Below are positions 10,084 to 19,798 of a stretch of 64,000 bases of DNA, piece after piece. The notes beneath the pieces were generated by a model. That model did not search any database, was not told where the DNA came from, and was given only the letters and a program-made list of their open reading frames with translations. Position numbers and translations under genes: made by a program. How positions within the stretch are numbered: the first letter of the stretch is position 1; each line of letters starts with the position of its first letter. This DNA comes from Deltaproteobacteria bacterium (GTDB lineage: Bacteria; Myxococcota_A; UBA9160; SMWR01). The DNA is taken from the NCBI GenBank assembly GCA_032128375.1, contig JAQBGU010000096.1, forward strand, positions 8,273-72,272. The letters are read 5' to 3'.

Positions 10084-10935
10084 TCAGTCGCGGTGTTTCA
10101 GGTTGGTGGTCGTGAAGATGTTGTCGTCGAACTCCTCATCGAAACGGAACTCGCTGATCTCGATCGACGTGCTATGCCCCTCTTTATCGTGGGGCGTCAC
10201 TACCCAGTGGTGCGGCACGTGGCGACCCTTCACCTCTTTGATATCGGCGAATCGGATCGTTCGCAGCTTCACGCCGTCTTCGTCGTAGAACTCCTGGCGC
10301 AGCTGGGTGCCGTGTTCGATCCCGATCCACGTCACGATTTTCCCCCAGACTACCGGCGCATCTTCGTGCGGGATGAACTCCAATACGTAGGCGCGCTCAC
10401 CTTCGACGCCGCCCGGAGCGGGATCGATTCCCAGCATCTTGTGGTCGTAGTCGTCGATCGTGCTCGATTCGTTTACCAGGTCGTCGTTCGAAAAATCGCT
10501 GCCCATCCACGGCTGCAGCATCATCGATGGCGGGATGCGCAGAGTGCGTTCCACGCGTGGCACGTAGCTCCACAGGTTTGGGTGTAGCTTCAAGAACGCG
10601 GCGCCCTTGTCCTTGGCCGGCGCTTCGATGCGAATGAACGAGCGCTTTTCGGCGCGATCGTCCCAGGATTTGAATACGACCACGCGCGGTTGCGAGAGCC
10701 GCGGTGACCGGATCGTCATCGCGGCGTCCATATAGGTTCGGTCGCTGCGAAGCGAATTCTCCGCGCGAAGCGCGACCTCGCGCGGGTCAATGTCTTGCGG
10801 TGCGGACTCGAGATGAGTGAGCGATTCTTCCGGGTCGACGGAATCAGCCGATACCGGAAGCGTGAATGCAAAGCTGATGGTGAGGAAAAGGAGGACTCCG
10901 AGACACACCTCTCGCACGATTCCTCCAGTCGACAT
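10084..10935 (-). CDS. LolA-like periplasmic protein (outer-membrane lipoprotein-sorting protein family)
   Basis: Signal peptide ending PVSA, PAKDKGAAFLK and WMGSDFSNDDL motifs, ends FTTTNLK. First gene of the ABC operon. Start placed at ATG 10935. Confidence 0.85.
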   Translation of the reverse strand: MSTGGIVREVCLGVLLFLTISFAFTLPVSADSVDPEESLTHLESAPQDIDPREVALRAENSLRSDRTYMDAAMTIRSPRLSQPRVVVFKSWDDRAEKRSFIRIEAPAKDKGAAFLKLHPNLWSYVPRVERTLRIPPSMMLQPWMGSDFSNDDLVNESSTIDDYDHKMLGIDPAPGGVEGERAYVLEFIPHEDAPVVWGKIVTWIGIEHGTQLRQEFYDEDGVKLRTIRFADIKEVKGRHVPHHWVVTPHDKEGHSTSIEISEFRFDEEFDDNIFTTTNLKHRD

Positions 10936-11102
10936 CCGCGGGCGCGGCGCGACTATAACACCATCTCCAATCCGGCTGCAGCCCGTCACGAACGATGGGC
11001 CACAGCGCACTTGCAGTACAGTGCGAACGCGCCGCAGCGCCCACGTTTCGGTAGCGTCCTGGTGGCGAAACGGTCGAAAGCCGCTCGAGGAGGGTCCCCT
11101 GC

Positions 11103-12188
11103 ATGTTGCCGTTGATCGTCGCGCTGGCCGTGACACTCGCCAGTCTCGGGCTCTACCTGTGGATGTCATTTCGCTGGCTCCGGACAGAGACGGGCGGAGA
11201 CCGTTACTTTGCCAGACCGATCGCAAGGCGCCGAGAGTTGAAGGCCCAGATCGCGCGCCGGGCGCGGGCGTTTGTTCCGATTGTGGCAGCCCTGAATCGC
11301 GTCATTCCTTCACCATCGTTCGAGCGCAAGTTTCGCGGTGTGGCGTTCAATCCGATGATCTGCCCGCGACACACATTCGAGGCCGCCACCCGGTACACAC
11401 CAGACTCCGGCGACATCTTCATCGCCACGCAGATGAAATGCGGCACGACCTGGATGCAACAAGTGGTCTACGAAGTCTTGTCTGCTGGGAAGGGAGACCT
11501 CAGCGACTCGGGCCACCGGCACATGTACGCGCTGTCGCCGTGGATCGAGTCGGGTGCATCTGTCTCGATGCAGGCGGCGCCCCGAATCGGGAGCACAGGG
11601 AAGCGCATCATCAAGACGCACTTCCCATCCAGCCTGTGTCCCTATTCCGAGGCCGCCCGATACATTTATGTCGCTCGCCACCCGGTTGCCTGCTTCGCGA
11701 GCTGCATGGACTTCATCCGCTTCCTGGCAGGGCCGATGGCGCCGTCGAGGCAGAAATTTCTCGGAAAATACTGCAGCGCCGAAATGTGGTGGCAGTCCTG
11801 GCCGGAGCACGTTGCGGGATGGTGGAACTGGTCGATCGACCGGCGCAATGTGCTGTTCATCCACTACGAGGACATGCTCTCGGATCTCGGAGCGCAGGTC
11901 GACCGCGTCGCGGCTTTTCTCGATACGGCGCTCGCTCGGGATGAAAGGAGCGAGGTCATCCGCAAGAGTCAATTTGCGTATATGAAGGAACGCGAAGAAT
12001 ATTTCGAGATGGCGTCGCCCACCTACTTCAGCATGGCGGGCGGAAGCTACTTTACCAGCGGGCGCGCCGATCGCGACCAGGATGTCGGACCCGCCGAACG
12101 CGAGCGCATCATGGCGTATTGCCGCAAGCAACTCGCGGGGTCGCACTACCCGCTGGGTCGATTCTATCCGGATGTGGCGGGGCCGTAG
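11103..12188 (+). CDS. PAPS-dependent sulfotransferase (Sulfotransfer_1-like) with N-terminal membrane anchor
   Basis: 5'-PSB-like ATQMKCGTTW, RIIKTHFP, YVARHP...S, HVAGWW and FIHYEDM motifs. N-terminal hydrophobic helix. Confidence 0.85.
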   Translation: MLPLIVALAVTLASLGLYLWMSFRWLRTETGGDRYFARPIARRRELKAQIARRARAFVPIVAALNRVIPSPSFERKFRGVAFNPMICPRHTFEAATRYTPDSGDIFIATQMKCGTTWMQQVVYEVLSAGKGDLSDSGHRHMYALSPWIESGASVSMQAAPRIGSTGKRIIKTHFPSSLCPYSEAARYIYVARHPVACFASCMDFIRFLAGPMAPSRQKFLGKYCSAEMWWQSWPEHVAGWWNWSIDRRNVLFIHYEDMLSDLGAQVDRVAAFLDTALARDERSEVIRKSQFAYMKEREEYFEMASPTYFSMAGGSYFTSGRADRDQDVGPAERERIMAYCRKQLAGSHYPLGRFYPDVAGP

Positions 12189-12212
12189 CACGGCGACGTT
12201 CGGGCAGCGGCT

Positions 12213-15002
12213 CTATCGGCGGGTGCTCCGCTCCCACCCCTCGCCGTTTCGTTTCAACTCGGTCGTCGGCCAGAATTGCAGGTCGAGTTTCAGCGTGATT
12301 ACGTCGATTCGGCCATCGAGCGATACCGTCTGCAGCCGTACAGAACTGCGATCAGGCCGGCCCGACACCGCAGCGATGAACTCGTCGAGGTCAGCAATCG
12401 GTTGGTTGTCCACCGCGACGATCCGACGTGTCGCTGCGAGCCCGTAGCGGTTGGCTGGTGATCCGTACCAGAACCACGCAACGTACACGCCAGAGGGGTC
12501 CGCCCCACCCTGCTCTGCGATCGCGAGGTGCGGCGCCTGAAGAACCGCTCCCGCCCAGAAGAGTGCGCGATCGGTCCCCTTTCCGTCGAGCACGGCCGTC
12601 GGGACATCGCGCGTCAGCAGATTGCCATTGCGAAGCAACGTGACCCGGACGAGGGGAGCCTGGGCGGCGCGTTCGACTTCGTCGAACGCGGTCACCGTCT
12701 GGTCGTTGACCGCCAGGATCAGATCTCCGACCTGCAAGATCTCGGCAGACGGCATGCCGATCGTGACGCGCGAAATTGAGAGCGCCCGCCTCGTTCCACG
12801 GTGGTGCCGTTCGAGCTTGCGTGCGGCCGGCTCGGACAACCCGCGCGACCGCGCATCGGCCAACGTGAGTGGACGAAGCTCTACGCCGAGCGATCGCCAA
12901 TTCACGCGGCGTCCTTCGCGCAGCGGGGCGATGATCTCTTCGATTCGCTCGGCATCGATGCCTGCGAAGTACGACTGTGGGGGTATGCCGCTGCCGGCCG
13001 AGAAGGAGGCCCACAGCGCGTGCACGCGCCCCTTCTTGTCCGCGATGACACCACCGACCGTCGCCGGCGTGTCCTCCAGAAGCACGACTTCGAGATTCTT
13101 CTCTCGAAAACGCGGCGGCGAGGTCAGCGGCAGCGCTGGGTTGGCGACCGACTCGACGCGGCTTTTTCGCGACACCATCTCGTGATCATCGCCCAGCCCG
13201 ACGAGCCAGACCTCATCGCCTTTTTCCAGCTGGGCCGGGGTCAGCTGCGCGCTGCGAATCGGCGTATCCCCGAGTCGTGTGGGGTCGTAGCCGACGACGG
13301 CGAGATTGTGATCAGGGTGGATATAGATGACCTCGCCGGGGACCTCTACCGAGGCGGCAAAAACCAACTTCACATCCCCCATCGCGATCGGCACCGTCTC
13401 GCGGTCGACCACCACGAGCCCCGCCTCGGCGTCCACCACGAGCCCAGAACCCTTGAATCGATCTGCGTGGATTCCGTCAATCCGAAACGGCACGTCGAAT
13501 TCCACCATCACGAGCGAATGGGCGAGGTCTCGCATCGGTCGCTCGAGCTCTCTGTCGAAGGTCGTGACCGCGGGTGCGGGGGATTCCGATGCGGGCGCGG
13601 CGGGTGACATCTCGCACGGCCAGCTACCGGTCGCGTCGTCGCGCTTACACCGATTCATCGGGAACCAAAGTCGATCTACGTTGACGATGGCCAGCGATTC
13701 CGCCTGCGGGTGTGCAATGTCGAAGTAGCGCACCGCAACATTCGATCCATCGGGCAGCGCCGCCCAACGGCTTTCGAAATCTGCGAGATCGTCGACCGGT
13801 TCACCCGCGAGTTCCGTGATCACCGCACCGCGGACGATGCCCGCGCGGGTCAGCGCGTAGCCTGCAGCCGCAACATACAAGCCCTGTACCGGGACACCCC
13901 GATTGCGCGCCTGCTGGTACGACAGCGGATGCACGATCCCGCCCCCGGTCTCGAGGTAGCTGCCCGGCGTTATCGAATGGAGATCCTGAACCTCGACGCT
14001 GGCTCGGACGGTCTTGCCGCCGCGCTCCAACAACAGCTCGACCGTCTCGCCCACGCTGGCGTCGAGCAGCGACTCGAGCCCCAGAAAACCGGTCGAGTAG
14101 GTATCACCAAAACCCAGCAGGATATCGCCCACTTTGAGTTTCGCGTGGCCCGGCCCGCCCGGGACGACCTCGTCGACGACCAGCAGGCCGGTGGCTTCGG
14201 GAAAACGCTCGCGAAGCGCGCCCTCCGTCTCGGGTCGCAGCCCGAGCCGCCTCAATTCGTCATAGGGTCGATTGACGAACACCGTCTGCAGTGTGCCGCG
14301 AGAAACGGGCTGACCACTCCGGATCAGCTCGAGTGCGCGCACGATTCGATCGAGTGGCAGGTAGTAGCTCGACGACGCCAGCTGGTTGCCTCCCGCATTG
14401 AGCGCCACGACATGCCCGTGTACGTCCACCACCGGGGACCCGGACGAGCCGCCGGAAGTCGCCGACGCCGCCTGGTAGTAGAATGTGTTGAAATCGTTGT
14501 ACCCCTCGCGGCCATACCGCGGCGCATCGCGGTCGAGCCGCGCGAGCGTCCCGGACAGGATCGACAGTTTTTCTCCCGCGTCGTTCCCGACCACTCGAAT
14601 CTCGGCTCCAACGACCGCGTGATCGGCGACCAGCGGCAGTTCAGTGGGCTTCATGAATTCGACGGCGCTGGGGTCGTACTGGTAGAACCCGAAGTCGTGT
14701 ACAGGGTCGCGGTAGATCACCTTGACTTCGACTTCCTCGTGATTCAAGAAGACGGCTTCGGCGACGACGGGACCCGGGTTGGCGACATGCCGATTGGTGA
14801 GAATCAACCCCCGCTCGGCGTCTACGACGAAACCAGTCGCCATCGTAGATGCCGCATTCTCCGTGTCGAACGAACGCGGAATACTGACCCGCAACACGAC
14901 AACGCCGGACGCGACTCGCTCGAGCGCCTGCTGCCAACCGTTGACCGGTGGTCCGGCCGATGCCGGGGCCGAGAGCAGCGAGAACAGCGCCAGTGCGGGC
15001 AG
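12213..15002 (-). CDS. Nma111/Ynm3/DEG7-type HtrA-family serine protease (duplicated protease + PDZ modules), probably exported
   Basis: Catalytic motifs TNRHV, HDFG and GGSSGSP. Second protease-like domain is degenerate; PDZ-like segments present. Frame stays open upstream of GTG 14897 through a signal-peptide-like region; true start unresolved, CTG 15002 used. Confidence 0.88.
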   Translation of the reverse strand: MPALALFSLLSAPASAGPPVNGWQQALERVASGVVVLRVSIPRSFDTENAASTMATGFVVDAERGLILTNRHVANPGPVVAEAVFLNHEEVEVKVIYRDPVHDFGFYQYDPSAVEFMKPTELPLVADHAVVGAEIRVVGNDAGEKLSILSGTLARLDRDAPRYGREGYNDFNTFYYQAASATSGGSSGSPVVDVHGHVVALNAGGNQLASSSYYLPLDRIVRALELIRSGQPVSRGTLQTVFVNRPYDELRRLGLRPETEGALRERFPEATGLLVVDEVVPGGPGHAKLKVGDILLGFGDTYSTGFLGLESLLDASVGETVELLLERGGKTVRASVEVQDLHSITPGSYLETGGGIVHPLSYQQARNRGVPVQGLYVAAAGYALTRAGIVRGAVITELAGEPVDDLADFESRWAALPDGSNVAVRYFDIAHPQAESLAIVNVDRLWFPMNRCKRDDATGSWPCEMSPAAPASESPAPAVTTFDRELERPMRDLAHSLVMVEFDVPFRIDGIHADRFKGSGLVVDAEAGLVVVDRETVPIAMGDVKLVFAASVEVPGEVIYIHPDHNLAVVGYDPTRLGDTPIRSAQLTPAQLEKGDEVWLVGLGDDHEMVSRKSRVESVANPALPLTSPPRFREKNLEVVLLEDTPATVGGVIADKKGRVHALWASFSAGSGIPPQSYFAGIDAERIEEIIAPLREGRRVNWRSLGVELRPLTLADARSRGLSEPAARKLERHHRGTRRALSISRVTIGMPSAEILQVGDLILAVNDQTVTAFDEVERAAQAPLVRVTLLRNGNLLTRDVPTAVLDGKGTDRALFWAGAVLQAPHLAIAEQGGADPSGVYVAWFWYGSPANRYGLAATRRIVAVDNQPIADLDEFIAAVSGRPDRSSVRLQTVSLDGRIDVITLKLDLQFWPTTELKRNGEGWERSTRR

Positions 15003-15048
15003 TATCGCCCAGGCGGCCGAACCGGTTAGTCGCGCTCCGCGATACCGG

Positions 15049-15666
15049 CTATGCCGACGAATTTTCGCCCGCCACTGCGATGCGATCCAGATATCGCTTC
15101 ACGTATTTTCCGAGCACGTCCGCTTCGAGGTTCACAGGGTCTCCAGGGTCGCAGTCAGACAGCGTCGTGACGTCCAGCGTGTGCGGAATCAACGCCACGT
15201 CGAATCCGGATTCCCAAACGCCCACCACCGTCAGCGACACACCGTCTACCGCGACCGATCCCTTCTCGACGAGGAAGTCAGCGATTTCGGGGCCGCAGTC
15301 GATGGCGAGGCGCACATCGTCCCCATCCCGAGTCAGCGCGCGCACGCAGCCGATCCCGTCGACGTGGCCCTGTACGATGTGCCCATCCAGCCGATCGCTG
15401 GCGCGCATGGCACGCTCGAGGTTCACCCGCGAGCCGACCGCCAGCGCACCCATCGAAGTGCGATCCAGTGTCTCGCGGATCGCATCGAAGCCCAGCCGTG
15501 GGCCATCGATCACAGTGACTGTGAGACATCCCCCGTTGACGGCGATGCTGTCACCGATCCCCACGCCTTCGACGATCGACGGCGCTTCGATGGTCAGTCG
15601 GGTCAAATCGCCACACTGTTCGATCTGGGAGACGACTCCAACGGTTTCTACGATCCCGGTGAACAC
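15049..15666 (-). CDS. ribE: Riboflavin synthase (alpha chain)
   Basis: MFTGIVE N-terminus, GDSIAVNG.CLT, GHIVQGHVD, DGVSLT and VNLE motifs. Confidence 0.97.
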   Translation of the reverse strand: MFTGIVETVGVVSQIEQCGDLTRLTIEAPSIVEGVGIGDSIAVNGGCLTVTVIDGPRLGFDAIRETLDRTSMGALAVGSRVNLERAMRASDRLDGHIVQGHVDGIGCVRALTRDGDDVRLAIDCGPEIADFLVEKGSVAVDGVSLTVVGVWESGFDVALIPHTLDVTTLSDCDPGDPVNLEADVLGKYVKRYLDRIAVAGENSSA

Positions 15667-15672
15667 GACCGG

Positions 15673-17055
15673 CTAACCGGCCTGGCCGCGCCGGTCGAGC
15701 TGCCGGAACATCTCGTCGCGAACGACTTGATAATTGGCTGCAAGCTCCACGGGTGGGTTGGCGAGCGTGGATTCGATGCCCGAGAGTTCCATTCGGTGAT
15801 AGCTGACTTTCTGCTCCACGAATTTCAATCCGTGCGCAGTCGACAACACGACGACCCGATCATTCTTGTTGATCTCGCCTCGCGACACGACCTTCTCCAG
15901 CGCTGCCAGCGCTACGCCCGTGTGCGGGCAGTTGAACAGACCGGTTCGATCTGCTCGCGCGCATGAATCGGCGATCTCGTTCTCACTCGCCTGCTCGACG
16001 ATGCCGCCGTAGCGCTTCAACGCGTCGATCGCCTTGTCGATCGACACCGGATTACCGATCTGGATCGCGGTCGCGAGCGTCGGGCGCGCGGCGATCGGCT
16101 CATACACCTCGAACCCGCGCTTGAACGACAGATACAGCGGATTGGCCGCTTCGGCCTGTGCACAGATGATCCGGGGTCGGCGATTGATCAGCCCCAGATC
16201 GATCATCATATCGAGCCCCTTGGCGAGCGCCGATACGTTGCCGAGGTTGCCACCGGGAATCACCATCCAATCGGGTGCCTCCCAGTCGAATTGCTGAACA
16301 ATTTCAATGCCGACCGTCTTCTGGCCTTCGATCCGCAGACTGTTCATCGAGTTGGCGAGATACACACCGTCATTTTCGGCTACCTGCTTGACGATATTCA
16401 TGCATCCGTCGAAGTCGGTATCGAGTGCGAAAACGATCGCACCGTTTGCGACCGGCTGAATCAATTGCGCGATCGAGACCTTTCCCCTGGGCAGGAAGAC
16501 GATCGCAGGAATTCCCGCAGCAGCCGCGTAGGCGGCCAGCGCGGCCGAGGTGTCGCCAGTGGAAGCACACGCAACAGCACGGACATACGCGCCTTTGGCG
16601 ATCATGTCCTTCACCTGCGAGACGAGCGCCGTCATGCCGAGGTCCTTGAATGAACCTGTGTGCGTGTTGCCGCATTGCTTGATCCACAGGTCCTTCAGAC
16701 CCAGTTGTTTTCCGTAGCGATCGGCCCAGAAGAGATTGGTGTTGCCCTCGTACATCGAGACGACATTTGCGTTGTCGATCCCGGGCAAGACCCACTCTTT
16801 CTTGCCCCAGACACCAGACGCGTAGGGCCAATCGGTCGAGTGCGATCGAGTCTTGAAGATTCGTTTCCACTCATCGGCCGACGTCTTGCGCAATTCGGCG
16901 ATATCGTGCTGCACCTCGAGCAGCGCTCCGTCTCTCGCCTTGTAGATGATATCATCGAGCTCATATCGCTCTGTCGCGTCGGAGATACTCTGAAACCATG
17001 CCCTGTATTGGGGCTTTGACTCAGACGAGTCGTGCGAGTCTGACTTCTCATTCAT
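15673..17055 (-). CDS. thrC: Threonine synthase (plant-like subfamily)
   Basis: PLP-lysine motif [23 protein letters not shown] and TAHGLKF. Directly downstream of hom. Confidence 0.95.
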   Translation of the reverse strand: MNEKSDSHDSSESKPQYRAWFQSISDATERYELDDIIYKARDGALLEVQHDIAELRKTSADEWKRIFKTRSHSTDWPYASGVWGKKEWVLPGIDNANVVSMYEGNTNLFWADRYGKQLGLKDLWIKQCGNTHTGSFKDLGMTALVSQVKDMIAKGAYVRAVACASTGDTSAALAAYAAAAGIPAIVFLPRGKVSIAQLIQPVANGAIVFALDTDFDGCMNIVKQVAENDGVYLANSMNSLRIEGQKTVGIEIVQQFDWEAPDWMVIPGGNLGNVSALAKGLDMMIDLGLINRRPRIICAQAEAANPLYLSFKRGFEVYEPIAARPTLATAIQIGNPVSIDKAIDALKRYGGIVEQASENEIADSCARADRTGLFNCPHTGVALAALEKVVSRGEINKNDRVVVLSTAHGLKFVEQKVSYHRMELSGIESTLANPPVELAANYQVVRDEMFRQLDRRGQAG

Positions 17056-17057
17056 CT

Positions 17058-18413
17058 CTACAACCCCTCCTCGATTCGGATCAATCGGGTGGGGGCCACG
17101 ACGTCACCGAGCCGATCGATCTCCGCTAATGCTCCGCGCAGTGCCAACTCTGGTGCGAGGTGGGTCTGCATCAAGACCGGTACCGACGCCACCGGACCCG
17201 CCCTCCCCTTCTGAATCACCGACGCGATACCGATTTCGTACTCGCCCAGCACACCCGTGATTTGCGCAAGCACTCCCGGTCGATCGACCACGGTAAAGCG
17301 CAGATAGGCTCGACCGTTCAACTCCCTCAGAGACAACAGCGGTTTTGGTGTGAATTGCTTCGGTTGGTAAGACAGCGGCGGAACGCGCCCGGCGGCACCC
17401 CGGCGCAGATCGCGCGCGATCTCGATCAGGTCGCCCACCACGGCGCTAGCGGTCGGCATCTCGCCCGCGCCGGCGCCGTAGTAGAGGGTCCGACCGACCG
17501 CATCACCGGTGACTGCCACCGCGTTCATCGCACCGGCAACGCTGGCGAGCAAGCTGGCGCGCGGGATCATTGTCGGGTGGACACGCGCTTCGATCCGCTC
17601 GCTGCCCCCCGCGGCGGCAGGCGGGTGCGATTTCGCGATGCCCAACAACTTGATCCGATATCCGAACTCTTCGGCGGCTTCGAAATCCACCGGCAACAGG
17701 CCCCGAATTCCCTCGGTCGGGATCTCCTTGTACGTCAGCTCCGCTCCGAAAGCCATCGCCGCCAGCAGCGCGAGCTTGTGAGCGGCGTCGATCCCATCCA
17801 GGTCAAACGTCGGGTCGGCTTCCGCGTAGCCCAGATCCTGTGCGCGCTTGACGACGACATCGAAATCCTCTCCGGTCTGTTCCATTTCCGTGAGGACGTA
17901 GTTCGTGGTGCCATTCATAATGCCGTGCAGGCTTTCGATCCGGTTCGCCGCAAGCCCCTCGCGAAGCGCACGGAGAACCGGAATCCCACCGCCGACGCTG
18001 GCTTCGAATGCGACGTCGACCTCGCGGCGGGCGGCCGCATCGAATATCTCCTTGCCGTGCAGTGCGAGGAGCGCCTTGTTGGCAGTGACCACGGGTTTCC
18101 CGGCATCGATCGCGCGCAAGATCATCCGCTTGGCGACGTCGAAGCCGCCAATCAGCTCGATCACGATCGATACCCGGGGATCCGCGATCAATGCATCTGC
18201 GTCGTTGTCGAAGCCAATCCCATCGAGATCGACACCGCGGTCCGTATCGAGATCGAGATCGGCGATCCGCACCAGCCGCAGAGGGAACCCCAGTCGCTGT
18301 TCGATGACGTCCGCATTCTTTCTCAGCAACTTGACGACACCCGTCCCGATCGTCCCGAATCCGATCAGACCGACGCCTATGCCGTTCTCCCCCGCGCGCA
18401 CAGCATCGGCCAC
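17058..18413 (-). CDS. hom: Homoserine dehydrogenase with C-terminal ACT domain
   Basis: GFGTIG Rossmann motif, [26 protein letters not shown], and ACT motif DRPGVLA. Confidence 0.97.
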   Translation of the reverse strand: MADAVRAGENGIGVGLIGFGTIGTGVVKLLRKNADVIEQRLGFPLRLVRIADLDLDTDRGVDLDGIGFDNDADALIADPRVSIVIELIGGFDVAKRMILRAIDAGKPVVTANKALLALHGKEIFDAAARREVDVAFEASVGGGIPVLRALREGLAANRIESLHGIMNGTTNYVLTEMEQTGEDFDVVVKRAQDLGYAEADPTFDLDGIDAAHKLALLAAMAFGAELTYKEIPTEGIRGLLPVDFEAAEEFGYRIKLLGIAKSHPPAAAGGSERIEARVHPTMIPRASLLASVAGAMNAVAVTGDAVGRTLYYGAGAGEMPTASAVVGDLIEIARDLRRGAAGRVPPLSYQPKQFTPKPLLSLRELNGRAYLRFTVVDRPGVLAQITGVLGEYEIGIASVIQKGRAGPVASVPVLMQTHLAPELALRGALAEIDRLGDVVAPTRLIRIEEGL

Positions 18414-18415
18414 GG

Positions 18416-19630
18416 CTACTTCTGCCCTGGGCCGGCCCGCAACAGGCGCCGAATCCCGCGAACCGCCTGTCGGATCCGGTGCCGATTTTCGATCAAGGCG
18501 AAGCGCACGTAGCCTTCACCGTTTTCACCAAAGCCCACGCCGGCTGAGACCGCGACATTTGCCTCGACAAGCAATCGCTTGGAGAACTCCAGCGAACCCA
18601 TGTCCCGAAACGCCTCCGGAATCCTGGCCCACACGAACATCGTGCCCAGCGGCGATTCGATCTTCCACGAGCCCTCACCAGGCGCCCCAAGCCCATCGAT
18701 CAGCGCATCGCGTCGCAACCGATACTCCTCGACGTTCTCGTCGACACAATCTTGTGGGCCGCGGAGGGCGACGATCGCGCCGATCTGGATCGACTGTGGC
18801 ATCCCGTAGTCGAGGTAACTTTTGATGCGCCCAAGTGCGTGGATCATTTCGGGGTTGCCGCACGCGAAGCCGACCCGCCATCCCGCCATCGAATGACTCT
18901 TCGAAAGCGATACGAACTCGATCGCGATGTCTTTAGCGCCCGGCACTTCGAGGATACTGGGCGCCTTGTAGCCATCGAAGCACAACTCGGCGTAGGCAAA
19001 ATCGTGCAACAACATCAAGTCGTGCTCGCGGGCGAAGTCTACGACCCTCTCCAGGAACGGCAGGTCGACGACCTGCGTGGTCGGGTTATGGGGAAACGAG
19101 ATGATCAACATCTTCGGTTTCGGCCAGGTGGTCGCGATCGCGCGCTCGAGATTCTCGATAAAGTCCGTATCGGCAGTAAGCGGAACGTGCCGCAGGTCGC
19201 CGCCCGCGATGATCACAGAGTACTGGTGGATCGGATACGCCGGGTCTGGACACAGAACCACGTCGCCAGGTCCGATCGTCATCAACACGAAATGCGACAG
19301 GCCCTCTTTGGCACCCATCACCGCAATGGCCTCGCGCTCCGGGTCAAGCGACACCTGGTGGCGCCGTTCGTACCATTCGCAAATCGCCGCGCGAAGGTTC
19401 GGAACACCACGGGAAGCCGAATAACGGTGGTTACGGGGGTCGCGTGCCGCGTCGCAGATCTTTTCGACGACGTGAACCGGTGTCGCCAGGTCAGGGTTCC
19501 CCATTCCCAGATCGACGATGTCCTCGCCGGCCCGGCGCGCCGATTTCATCATTTCGATGACCTCGGCCAGGACATAAGGGGGCAAGCGATTGAGCTTGTT
19601 GAAGTCGTGTCGGATCGGTCCCGCCAGCAT
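18416..19630 (-). CDS. alaC: Class I/II PLP aminotransferase (AlaC/YfdZ-like)
   Basis: [33 protein letters not shown] and YVRFALIEN motifs. Located upstream of hom. Confidence 0.8.
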   Translation of the reverse strand: MLAGPIRHDFNKLNRLPPYVLAEVIEMMKSARRAGEDIVDLGMGNPDLATPVHVVEKICDAARDPRNHRYSASRGVPNLRAAICEWYERRHQVSLDPEREAIAVMGAKEGLSHFVLMTIGPGDVVLCPDPAYPIHQYSVIIAGGDLRHVPLTADTDFIENLERAIATTWPKPKMLIISFPHNPTTQVVDLPFLERVVDFAREHDLMLLHDFAYAELCFDGYKAPSILEVPGAKDIAIEFVSLSKSHSMAGWRVGFACGNPEMIHALGRIKSYLDYGMPQSIQIGAIVALRGPQDCVDENVEEYRLRRDALIDGLGAPGEGSWKIESPLGTMFVWARIPEAFRDMGSLEFSKRLLVEANVAVSAGVGFGENGEGYVRFALIENRHRIRQAVRGIRRLLRAGPGQK

Positions 19631-19798
19631 CGCCTCGTACGCCTCGTCTTGTAGAACCGGTGCGGTTCATGATTGTTGCCGGTTTCGCGATCTCATGGGC
19701 CAGCCGCGGCAAACCACTGTCGAGACGTCATGCACGACGTCGCGTACCGGCTAATTGCGCAAGATTATTGAAGAAATCCGGTCTGGGCAAGCAGACAA

